DNA from: an uncultured Gammaproteobacteria bacterium
Lineage (GTDB): Bacteria; Patescibacteriota; Microgenomatia; UBA8517
DNA length: 51,070 nt
Direction of reading: 5' to 3'
Assembly (NCBI GenBank): GCA_964396785.1
Contig: CAYNFU010000003.1
Coordinates: 1 to 51,070, forward strand
The number at the start of each line of letters is the position of its first letter. Within the stretch, counting starts at the first letter, position 1. The position numbers were made by a program, and so were the translations under genes. The notes beneath the pieces were generated by a model that was not told where the DNA came from, did not search any database, and saw only the letters and a list, made by a program, of their open reading frames with translations. Below, piece by piece: positions 25,093-33,075 of this stretch.

Positions 25093-25362
25093 TTATTTCT
25101 TTAGTTTTAATGCTTCTATGAGGGTTTTGTAGCGCACCTCGTCTCTCTTTTGAAGATAGGTCAAAAGCCTTCTTCTTTTAGCAACCATTGAAAGGAGTCC
25201 TTTTCTTGAGTGTACATCTTTTCCGTGGTCCTTCAAATGAGAGATTAATTTATCAATTTGCGAAGATAAAAGCGCAATTTGTACTTCGGGGCTTCCTGTG
25301 TCGCCTTTCTCACGCGCAAATTTCTTTATTATTGACTGCTTTTCTTCAGCTGCAAGTGCCAT
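25093..25362 (-). CDS. rpsO: 30S ribosomal protein S15
   Basis: 89 aa. GDTGSPEVQIALLS..I..L..HLK.H.KD.HSR.GLL..V..RR.LL.YL is the canonical S15 pattern. Confidence 0.97.
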   Translation of the reverse strand: MALAAEEKQSIIKKFAREKGDTGSPEVQIALLSSQIDKLISHLKDHGKDVHSRKGLLSMVAKRRRLLTYLQKRDEVRYKTLIEALKLKK

Positions 25363-25419
25363 AAGTCGTGTTTAACAAAGTAGTTCGATTAGACGAACAA
25401 CCTTGTAGACATCGTGGAA

Positions 25420-25448
25420 ATAATAACATCCATTTCCAGCAAAAGCAA
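25420..25448 (-). promoter_or_regulatory. Candidate rpsO promoter
   Basis: Minus strand has TTGCTT (25443-25448), a 17-nt spacer, then TGtTATTAT (-10 at 25420-25425, with an extended TG). This leaves a leader of about 55 nt containing a GTTCG-N6-CGAAC hairpin (25383-25398). Confidence 0.4.
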
Positions 25449-25455
25449 ATACAAA

Positions 25456-26310
25456 TTAACTAATTGAAGTACCTTTATAGATTTTCGGTTCTAACCAGTC
25501 TTTCGGAGGTTCCTTGGGAGACTCCTCTTCGACACTTTGAGGAGTTGAAACAGGTGGCGCCTGAAGGATTGGCGAGAATTCTCTCTTCTCGACTCTTTCG
25601 GGCAACCTCTGTCCGCCTTTTTTTAGAAGCGTAGCAATCAGTTCAAAGGTTTCGGCCGTTACGTCGGGCCCTTTAAATTGACGGCTACCTTCCTCTATTC
25701 CCATTAAAAGATTTGTTGCAATATCGGCATCCCCGGAAACTCCCATTTCTTCGATCAGACTTGCTACAACTTCCGAAACAGATGACGCCGGCCTTGCAAA
25801 GGAAAGAATATTTTTATCAGCCGAAATAGCTAGGGACCTTGTGCCTACATGAACTAATTTTGTCCCCATAAAGTCCTTTGTGGATAGTTGTGGATAATGT
25901 GATTCATTTACTCCGCCGACTAAAATAACTATATCCGAGGCCACTCCCGAGAAAGAAATTTCGACATTTTCCTTGGCAGGAGCTTTTGCTCCTGGATTTG
26001 GAATAACTACCATGTAAAGTCCGTTGCCTTCGACTTCAGAGCTAATTCTTTCAATATTTCTTGCGTTATAATCTACAAACCTAATGATCATGTTTTTGCT
26101 GCCAGGATCGGCGGTTACCTTATTTACCCCCACCAAACGGTTAAACTCAACGGTCATAGGGGTGGGACAAGCGATAGTTACGTCCTTCTGTTCTCGAAGG
26201 GCTAAGTATAGAGCAAGACCTGCCGCAGCCTGATCAAGATATGGTTTTGTGGGAAGTAGAATTAAGACTGATTTTGAGGAATTAATTAGAGAGACAAAAG
26301 AATCTTGCAT
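25456..26310 (-). CDS. Hypothetical protein, possibly a degenerate DHH/NrnA-like fold
   Basis: 284 aa. The N-terminus VLILLPTKPYLDQAAAGLALYLAL resembles DHH motif I with the DxD lost. No DHH or GGGH motif is seen. It occupies the position after infB where rbfA and nrnA/cnpB occur in some bacteria. The family call is weak. Confidence 0.35.
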   Translation of the reverse strand: MQDSFVSLINSSKSVLILLPTKPYLDQAAAGLALYLALREQKDVTIACPTPMTVEFNRLVGVNKVTADPGSKNMIIRFVDYNARNIERISSEVEGNGLYMVVIPNPGAKAPAKENVEISFSGVASDIVILVGGVNESHYPQLSTKDFMGTKLVHVGTRSLAISADKNILSFARPASSVSEVVASLIEEMGVSGDADIATNLLMGIEEGSRQFKGPDVTAETFELIATLLKKGGQRLPERVEKREFSPILQAPPVSTPQSVEEESPKEPPKDWLEPKIYKGTSIS

Positions 26311-26316
26311 GTTGGC

Positions 26317-27702
26317 TCACTTTGCGACCGATACTAACACATCGCCTTTTACAAAATCAAGTTGTGGTTCAAAAATTACTCCAAATTCCTCACCAGTTTT
26401 TGCCTCAACTATTTCTTGTTTCTCCTTTTTCATTGAAGAAATCTTGACGCGACCGGCCTCCTTACTATCCTTCATTAGAATTAAATTGTCTTTTTTTGCA
26501 ATCCTTCCGGAAATTACCTTGCAGCCCGCAACCTTTTTGTTGTTGAATGGGAAGGACGTCACGATTTCGGCCTTTCCGAAAACTTCGAGTTCGCCTTTTT
26601 TAAATAGTTTTTCAAGCTTCTCAATAAGCTCGTAAATAATCTCAAATTTCTCAACCTCCACTCCCTCTGTCTCTGCAAGTTTGACCACACTCGCTGAAAT
26701 TCCGGAGGCAAATGCAAAAATCCTAGCTCCGCTTGCTTTGGCGTTTAAGACGTCAGACTCATTAACGTCTCCCACCCCTTTTGCGATAACTTTGAATCCT
26801 TGAGGGATACTCCCTGAAAGCGCCTCTAAGGACCCCAAATCTTTGGCCTTGATAAGGATTGGAATTTCTCCCTCTTCTACCTTAGCTTGCATTTGCGATA
26901 CAAACTTTGAAGGCATGTTTAGAGCTCCGACTTCTACTCTCGCCCCAACCGGTGGGATATTTTCAAAACCCAAAACTTGAGCAGGTTCTCCAGGACCGAC
27001 TTCCAAAACCCTCTCTAATTTGTCGTTAAAAAGTGCTCTTACTTTGCCGGGAATTCCTTCTGCAGAAATTTGGTCGCCAACTTTAATCCTGCCTCCCCTT
27101 ACTACTATCGATGCAACCGTACCTCTTTTATCTTTGGCACTCTCAATAATTACTGCCTCAAGGGGGGAGTCTATCTCTCCCTTGACTCCGTTTACCTCGG
27201 AAACCAAGGCTATCGTTTCAAGAAGGTCGGAGAGTCCTTTTGACTCTTTTGCAGAAACGGGAACTATCGGCGTGTCGCCTCCTCGGCCTTCAAATAAAAT
27301 CTCTTCTTTGGTCAGTTGCCCCTTTACTTCCTCAATATTGGCTGAAGGTAAATCTATTTTTGTGAGAGCCACAATAAAAGGGATTTTGGCCGATTTAATT
27401 AATTGAATTGCCTCAATAGTCTGGGGTTTTACCCCGGCTGATGCATCTACTACCAATATTGCAATATCTGCAACTTTTGCTCCTCGAGAGCGCATGCTGG
27501 AGAAAGCTGCGTGGCCTGGAGTATCGATGAAAGTTATACTCTTCCCTTTTGTGGTTACAACCGAAGCTCCTATTCCCTGAGTAATTCCTCCAGCTTCTTT
27601 TGAGGCAACATTTGTCGCTCTTATTGCATCAAGAAGAGTTGTTTTGCCATGGTCTACGTGGCCTAATACACAAACTATTGGTGCTCGAATTGCTTTTTTC
27701 AT
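26317..27702 (-). CDS. infB: Translation initiation factor IF-2, minimal form starting at the G domain
   Basis: [21 protein letters not shown] is at residues 8-28, followed by DTPGHAAF and LTKID. Downstream of nusA. Length is 461 aa. Confidence 0.93.
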   Translation of the reverse strand: MKKAIRAPIVCVLGHVDHGKTTLLDAIRATNVASKEAGGITQGIGASVVTTKGKSITFIDTPGHAAFSSMRSRGAKVADIAILVVDASAGVKPQTIEAIQLIKSAKIPFIVALTKIDLPSANIEEVKGQLTKEEILFEGRGGDTPIVPVSAKESKGLSDLLETIALVSEVNGVKGEIDSPLEAVIIESAKDKRGTVASIVVRGGRIKVGDQISAEGIPGKVRALFNDKLERVLEVGPGEPAQVLGFENIPPVGARVEVGALNMPSKFVSQMQAKVEEGEIPILIKAKDLGSLEALSGSIPQGFKVIAKGVGDVNESDVLNAKASGARIFAFASGISASVVKLAETEGVEVEKFEIIYELIEKLEKLFKKGELEVFGKAEIVTSFPFNNKKVAGCKVISGRIAKKDNLILMKDSKEAGRVKISSMKKEKQEIVEAKTGEEFGVIFEPQLDFVKGDVLVSVAK

Positions 27703-27729
27703 AAAAGATTTGTCTTTCTAAAGAATTTT

Positions 27730-28905
27730 TCATTCCTGCGGCTTATCGGCCGTTTCTGGAGCTTCTTCGGGCTCCTTTTCTTCTTCTTTCTTTTTCTTGG
27801 CTACCTTTTTAGGTTTAGTTTGTTTGATCGAAGTGTCTTCACTAACATCTTCTTTCTTTTCAGTTTGTTCAAGTATCGTTTCTGGTTCTTTTTCCTCTTT
27901 TACCTCACTTACTTCTTCTACCTTTTCCCCAGGAATTCCTTCGACTTCAATTCTCCATCCAGTTAGCTTTGCGGCAAGCCTCACATTTTGCCCCTCTTTT
28001 CCAATAGCGAGAGATAATTGATCTTCCGGCGCTCTCACCTTGGCAACTTTAGACTTTTCATCCAGACTGACCGTTATATTCTCAGCCGGGGAAAGGGAAG
28101 CCGAAATTAGTTCTCGCATATCCTCACTCCAGGGGATAATATCTACCCGCTCTCCTCCAAGTTCATTTGTAACGGCTTGAACCCTAACACCTTTTTGACC
28201 TACACAAGAACCTACCGGGTCCACACCCGATTGTTCCGAGACAACTGCAATTTTAGTCCTTACCCCCGGCTCTCTTGCAATTTGCCTAATAACCACGCTT
28301 CCAGAGGAAACTTCGGGAACTTCCCTTGCAAAAAGTTTTTGTACAAAGGCGGGATCAGCTCGGGAAAGAATTATTTCCTTTCCTCTTATTCCTTCAATAA
28401 TCTCTTTGAGAAGAAATGACATTCTTTGATTAGGAGTTAGCCGCTCATTGGGTATCCGCTCGGTTACCGGCATTACAGCCTCGGTTCTCCCCATGTCTAC
28501 CCGTACATTGGGGCCGTCGAATCTCAAAATCATTCCAGAAACCAGGTTTCCCGCACGACCAGAAAATTCTTCCATTATTGCCCCTTTTTCAGCCTCGCGA
28601 ATCTTTTGATGAATTACTTGTTTTGCCGTCTGGGCGGCAATACGTCCAAATCCTGGGGGTGTAACATCCTTTCTCTCTTTGGGTTTCTCAAGTGGCCAAG
28701 CAAATATTTTGGTTTCTCCGCTTACGGGATCAAGCTCTACGTCAAAATCCATCTCTTCTGTATCCTCTCCGCGCTCCTTGGCATCGCGTCTATATGCTGC
28801 AATTATCGCCTGTTTAATTGTGTCTAAAATAACGGCGGCGTCTAACCCCCTTTCAGTGGCTATAGCTTTTAGTGCTTGAGCAAATTCTGTCCTCGGTGTT
28901 TGCAT
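27730..28905 (-). CDS. nusA: Transcription termination/antitermination factor NusA
   Basis: N-terminal RNAP-binding domain, S1 domain, two KH domains (GVDPVGSCVGQKGVRVQAV..EL.GE.VDII.W), and a Lys/Glu-rich tail. Confidence 0.93.
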   Translation of the reverse strand: MQTPRTEFAQALKAIATERGLDAAVILDTIKQAIIAAYRRDAKERGEDTEEMDFDVELDPVSGETKIFAWPLEKPKERKDVTPPGFGRIAAQTAKQVIHQKIREAEKGAIMEEFSGRAGNLVSGMILRFDGPNVRVDMGRTEAVMPVTERIPNERLTPNQRMSFLLKEIIEGIRGKEIILSRADPAFVQKLFAREVPEVSSGSVVIRQIAREPGVRTKIAVVSEQSGVDPVGSCVGQKGVRVQAVTNELGGERVDIIPWSEDMRELISASLSPAENITVSLDEKSKVAKVRAPEDQLSLAIGKEGQNVRLAAKLTGWRIEVEGIPGEKVEEVSEVKEEKEPETILEQTEKKEDVSEDTSIKQTKPKKVAKKKKEEEKEPEEAPETADKPQE

Positions 28906-28910
28906 ATACC

Positions 28911-28948
28911 TTAATTAATAAAAATGGCGGGCAAAAATCCCACCATTT
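28911..28948 (-). terminator. Terminator-like hairpin between dnaJ and nusA (operon terminator or nusA leader attenuator)
   Basis: Minus strand reads AAAUGGUGGG-auuuuug-CCCGCCAUUU (10-bp stem with one G-U pair) followed by UUAUUAAUU. It ends about 10 nt before the nusA ATG. Confidence 0.5.
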
Positions 28949-28967
28949 ATCTACAAAACCAGTCTAA

Positions 28968-28996
28968 ATTTTACCCCAGAAGCTTACTGAAGTCAA
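28968..28996 (-). promoter_or_regulatory. Candidate nusA-infB promoter
   Basis: Minus strand has TTGACT (28991-28996), a 17-nt spacer, then TAAAAT (28968-28973). It starts 3 nt after the dnaJ stop and lies upstream of the hairpin. Confidence 0.45.
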
Positions 28997-28998
28997 CG

Positions 28999-29886
28999 TT
29001 AAAAACCTTTTTCTTGAAGACCCTCAATTACCTTCTTTTGTTCAGAACTTAGCTTGTCGGGAACTAAAACATTTATTCGTACGTACTCATCGCCTTTTCC
29101 TCGTCCTTGGAGATTTATTACTCCTTTTTCTCTAAGCCTTACCGTAGTCCCCGATTTCGTACCCGGTCTTATTCTTATTTTTATATCTTCCTCAATAGTC
29201 GGAACCTTAATTTCTCCGCCTAGAACCGCTAGTGAAAATGGAATACCTACGTTCACATAAATATCACTTCCCTCCCTTTGAAAAACATTGTGAGGGCGTA
29301 CATTAACTGAGAGCAAAAAGTCGCCAAAATTAATTCTTGAGCCTTCATCTACCCCTCCCGGGATCTTTACCTTGCGCTTTTTACCCTCTACCGAAACTTC
29401 CTTCTCGACCCCTTTAACCGCTTCCATAAAGTCCAGAATTATTGAATAGCGGGGTATTTGCCTTGCTTGACGAAATGGATTACCCCCACCAAAAAATTGC
29501 TCAAAAATATCGAATGGATCCCCAAAATCAAACCCCACAAAGGGATTTCCACCGTTACCGCCGGTAGTTCTATAAGTATAAGTGAAGGGGCCATAGCGGC
29601 CAGTTTGGGAAAATGGCCCACCAGCTCCACCGAAACCTCCAGGCATTCCGCCCGGAGTAAAAGCATCGTGGCCGTATTGGTCATAGGCGGAGCGTTTTTG
29701 AGAATCAGAAAGAACCTGATATGCTTCGTTTATTTCTTTGAAGCGGCGCTCTGCAGCTTCTTTCTCGTCTCTATGCCTATCCGGATGCCACTCAAGAGCT
29801 TGCTTTCTATAAGCTTTTTTTATTTCCTCGGCTGAAGCTCTCTTACCGACACCGAGTATATCGTAGTAGTCAGATTTCGCAGCCAC
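28999..29886 (-). CDS. dnaJ: J-domain co-chaperone, DnaJ/CbpA-like class B (no zinc-finger domain)
   Basis: J domain DYYDILGV...HPD, a G/F-rich region, and two C-terminal beta domains. There is no CxxCxGxG repeat; the protein has no Cys. GTG start. Confidence 0.9.
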   Translation of the reverse strand: MAAKSDYYDILGVGKRASAEEIKKAYRKQALEWHPDRHRDEKEAAERRFKEINEAYQVLSDSQKRSAYDQYGHDAFTPGGMPGGFGGAGGPFSQTGRYGPFTYTYRTTGGNGGNPFVGFDFGDPFDIFEQFFGGGNPFRQARQIPRYSIILDFMEAVKGVEKEVSVEGKKRKVKIPGGVDEGSRINFGDFLLSVNVRPHNVFQREGSDIYVNVGIPFSLAVLGGEIKVPTIEEDIKIRIRPGTKSGTTVRLREKGVINLQGRGKGDEYVRINVLVPDKLSSEQKKVIEGLQEKGF

Positions 29887-29890
29887 ACTA

Positions 29891-31813
29891 TTATTCTACA
29901 ACCTCTCCCTCTTCTACTTTTTCTTCTTTCTTTCCTTTTTCCTTATCTTTATCCTCATTATTTTCTTCGTCCCCTTCTTTCTTTTGTTCCTCGGAAGGTT
30001 TTTGCTCACCTTGTGCTCCATACATCGCCTGGCCTATGGAAGAAAGAGTGTCCGAAAGGTCTTTTGTGGCAGCCTCCAGTTCCTCTTTTCCCGCTCCTTC
30101 CTTGGCAAGGGCATCTTTGAGGGCTTTAATCTTTTCTTCTACTTTCCCTTTTACATCGGCCGGGACCTTTTCACCAGCGTCTTTGAGAGCCTTCTCGGCA
30201 GTTCCCACTATAGCGTCAGCCTTATTTCTGGCCTCGATTTGCTCGGCTTTTTTGGTATCTTCCTCTTTGTGCTTTTCCGCCTCTTCCTGCATTCTTTTAA
30301 CCTCATCGTCAGATAGTCCAACCGCTCCAGTAATTTTGATGTTCTGAGTCTTTCCAGTTGCTTTATCCTTGGCGGTAACAGTAAGAATTCCCGAGGCGTC
30401 CATGTCAAAAGTAACCTCAATTTGGGGGACTCCCCGAGGAGCCGGGGGAATCCCGTCTAATATAAATCTACCCAAGCTCTTATTGTCGGTGCTCATTGGT
30501 CTTTCCCCTTGGCTAACATGAATTTCGACTTGGGTTTGATTGTCAGCCGCAGTTGAAAAAACCTCGGTTTTTGAGGTGGGAATGGTTGTATTTCTCGGAA
30601 TCATGGGTGTTGCCACTCCTCCTAGGGTTTCAATTCCGAGGGTTAGGGGAGTCACGTCAAGAAGAAGTATGTCTTTGACTTCTCCGCCCAAGACTCCTGC
30701 CTGAATGGCGGCCCCAACCGCTACCACTTCGTCGGGATTTACGCTCTTGTTTGGTTCTTTACCGAAGTACTCCTTAACGGTTTCAATAACTTTGGGCATT
30801 CTGGTCATTCCACCGACCAAAATAACTTCATTCACATCATGGGGATCGAGTTTTGCGTCCTTTAGACAAGCTTCAACCGGCTTCATAGTTGCGACAATAA
30901 GCTCCTCTACCAAACTCTCGAGTTTTGCTCGGGTAAGTTTCATTGTGAGGTGCATGGGTTGGCCGTCTTTTTGGGTGATATATGGTTGATTTATTTCAAC
31001 CTCATTTGCAGCGGATAGCTCAATCTTTGCCTTTTCGGCAGCGTCTCTTACCCTTTGAAGTGCTTGTTTGTCTGCCTTAAGATCAACAGCGTTTTCTTTT
31101 TTAAACTCGGCTGCTATATAGTCAACAATTTTTTCGTCAAAGTCGTCTCCCCCTAAATGGGTATCTCCATTGGTTGCTTTAACTTCAAATACTCCCTCCC
31201 CGAGCTCAAGAATTGAAATGTCGAATGTTCCGCCACCGAGGTCATAAACGGCAATTTTCTCGGCTTTCTTCTTGTCCATTCCGTAGGCAAGTGCAGCTGC
31301 GGTTGGCTCGTTAATGATTCTTTCTACTTTGAACCCCGCAATTTCTCCTGCCTGCTTTGTGGCTTGACGTTGGGCGTCGTCAAAATAAGCAGGGACGGTA
31401 ATAACTGCCGAGTCGACTTTTTCTCCCAGATATGCCTCTGCGTCTTTTTTGAGCTTCATTAAGACCCTCGCTGAAATCTCTTGGGGTGTATAAGTTTTTT
31501 CCTCAACTTCAACTACCGCCACACCGTCTTTCCCGGCTTTGACTTCGTAGGGGACCATCTCCTGGGTTCTTTTTACTTCCTTATCCTCATACCTTCGACC
31601 CATAATACGCTTTATGGAATAAATAGTATTTTTGGGGTTTAGAACCACCTGGCGCTTGGCAACGTCTCCAACCAGGTTTTTAACCGGTTCAACGACCGAG
31701 GGAGTAATATTTCTGCCAGTATCGGCCGCGGGGATGACTTTGGGATGCCCCCCTTCCATTACTGCAACGACTGAATTTGTAGTTCCTAAATCTATTCCAA
31801 CTATTTTTGACAT
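29891..31813 (-). CDS. dnaK: Molecular chaperone DnaK (Hsp70)
   Basis: [25 protein letters not shown] and [11 protein letters not shown] blocks. 640 aa. AGGAG Shine-Dalgarno upstream. Confidence 0.98.
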   Translation of the reverse strand: MSKIVGIDLGTTNSVVAVMEGGHPKVIPAADTGRNITPSVVEPVKNLVGDVAKRQVVLNPKNTIYSIKRIMGRRYEDKEVKRTQEMVPYEVKAGKDGVAVVEVEEKTYTPQEISARVLMKLKKDAEAYLGEKVDSAVITVPAYFDDAQRQATKQAGEIAGFKVERIINEPTAAALAYGMDKKKAEKIAVYDLGGGTFDISILELGEGVFEVKATNGDTHLGGDDFDEKIVDYIAAEFKKENAVDLKADKQALQRVRDAAEKAKIELSAANEVEINQPYITQKDGQPMHLTMKLTRAKLESLVEELIVATMKPVEACLKDAKLDPHDVNEVILVGGMTRMPKVIETVKEYFGKEPNKSVNPDEVVAVGAAIQAGVLGGEVKDILLLDVTPLTLGIETLGGVATPMIPRNTTIPTSKTEVFSTAADNQTQVEIHVSQGERPMSTDNKSLGRFILDGIPPAPRGVPQIEVTFDMDASGILTVTAKDKATGKTQNIKITGAVGLSDDEVKRMQEEAEKHKEEDTKKAEQIEARNKADAIVGTAEKALKDAGEKVPADVKGKVEEKIKALKDALAKEGAGKEELEAATKDLSDTLSSIGQAMYGAQGEQKPSEEQKKEGDEENNEDKDKEKGKKEEKVEEGEVVE

Positions 31814-31818
31814 TCTAT

Positions 31819-32298
31819 CTAGTCTCCTCTTGCGATTTCTTGCTCTAATTCTTCTTTCTTTCCACCAGCCTGCGAAGTGTAAACTTTCACTTTTGCCGGC
31901 CTAATTATTTTACCATCTGTAAACCTCCAACCTGTAAGTACCAATTCGGCTATTTGTCCTTTTTTACCACCGCCAACTGATTCCAGCGCTTCGTGCAGTT
32001 GGGGATTAAAGGGATCCCCCTTTCTTGGAACTATCTCTTCAATTCCTTCTTCTGAAAGGACCTTTTTGAATTCCCCAACCGCAATTGCTAAACCCGAATC
32101 TTTAAGATGTTCCTGGGCGGAAGCTAGCATGTCCAAAACCGGAATAAGTTTAATTAAGACTCTCTCTGCCGAAAACTTTACCCAAAGCTGTCTTTCATCC
32201 TCAGTTCTCTTTCTTAAATTATCATAATCCGCCAAGGCTCTTGCAAGTTGATTTTTGAGTACAGTAACTTCATTATCTTTTTTTACTGACAATCTCAT
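31819..32298 (-). CDS. grpE: Nucleotide exchange factor GrpE (short, 159 aa)
   Basis: [30 protein letters not shown], and [13 protein letters not shown]. Its start overlaps the hrcA stop (TAATG). Confidence 0.93.
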   Translation of the reverse strand: MRLSVKKDNEVTVLKNQLARALADYDNLRKRTEDERQLWVKFSAERVLIKLIPVLDMLASAQEHLKDSGLAIAVGEFKKVLSEEGIEEIVPRKGDPFNPQLHEALESVGGGKKGQIAELVLTGWRFTDGKIIRPAKVKVYTSQAGGKKEELEQEIARGD

Positions 32299-33026
32299 TA
32301 CCTTGCTACCTCCTCGATTAATTTCCTAAAATACCTGAGGGTTGGTATTATCGTTGGGTAGCTAAGGCGTATCGGTCCAATTACACCCAAAGCTCCATTT
32401 TTACCGCGAATGCTAAAGCGTGTGGTGATAAAGCCTACTGGGTAGACTTCCGGCCATCCTAATTCTTCGCCAAAGAGTACGTCAATCGGGCTTCCCGTTA
32501 TAGCTCTTTCAAAGAAAAGCTCATGTAGCCTTGGGGATTCATCGAGGAAAGAAAAAAGGTCGGCACAAGCCCTAAGGTTAGAAAACTCTGGATTTGCGAA
32601 TATATTTGCATATCCCGCGTGCCAAACTTTTCCTTCGTCGGTTGCGGCTACCGCAACGTTATGAGTGCGATCGGCGAGTGCCTTTACAGCCTCTTCCATT
32701 AATTTATCTATATCTTCCCGTACATCCCAAACTTCCTCTTTTGCCTTGACCTCATCGGCAAGACTCATTGTTTTTTCCTCCATAAGCTGATCCACGTAAA
32801 ACTTCATCGCCTTTGGTGATGGAATGCGACCCGAGGACGTATGGGGTTGGCGCAAAAACCCAAGTGTGGTTAATTCTCCCATCTCATTTCGGATGGTTGC
32901 TGGAGAAACCCCAAGATTATATTTTTTTTCCAAGGCAAACGATCCTACGGGTTCGGCCGTTTCTATGTATTCGTCAATTATTGCCTTAAGAATCTGGGTT
33001 TGTCTTGCAGTAAGTCCGTCGCTCAT
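32298..33026 (-). CDS. hrcA: Heat-inducible transcription repressor HrcA (short, 242 aa)
   Basis: LTARQTQILKAIIDEYIETAEPVGS..L......VSPATIRNEM..L...G.L.QPHTSSGRIP is the canonical HrcA winged-helix N-terminus. It is the first gene of the hrcA-grpE-dnaK-dnaJ operon. Confidence 0.9.
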   Translation of the reverse strand: MSDGLTARQTQILKAIIDEYIETAEPVGSFALEKKYNLGVSPATIRNEMGELTTLGFLRQPHTSSGRIPSPKAMKFYVDQLMEEKTMSLADEVKAKEEVWDVREDIDKLMEEAVKALADRTHNVAVAATDEGKVWHAGYANIFANPEFSNLRACADLFSFLDESPRLHELFFERAITGSPIDVLFGEELGWPEVYPVGFITTRFSIRGKNGALGVIGPIRLSYPTIIPTLRYFRKLIEEVAR

Positions 33027-33032
33027 ACTTAA

Positions 33033-33059
33033 TTAGCAGTAATCTAACATGAGTGCTAA
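33033..33059 (-). promoter_or_regulatory. CIRCE operator (HrcA binding site)
   Basis: TTAGCAGTA-N9-GAGTGCTAA versus the consensus TTAGCACTC-N9-GAGTGCTAA (16 of 18 positions). It overlaps the spacer and -10 of the hrcA promoter. Confidence 0.8.
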
Positions 33060-33069
33060 AAGTTGTCAA
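33041..33069 (-). promoter_or_regulatory. hrcA operon promoter
   Basis: Minus strand has TTGACA (33064-33069), a 17-nt spacer, then TAGATT (33041-33046), 14 nt upstream of the ATG. Confidence 0.6.
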
Positions 33070-33075
33070 GTCCTT

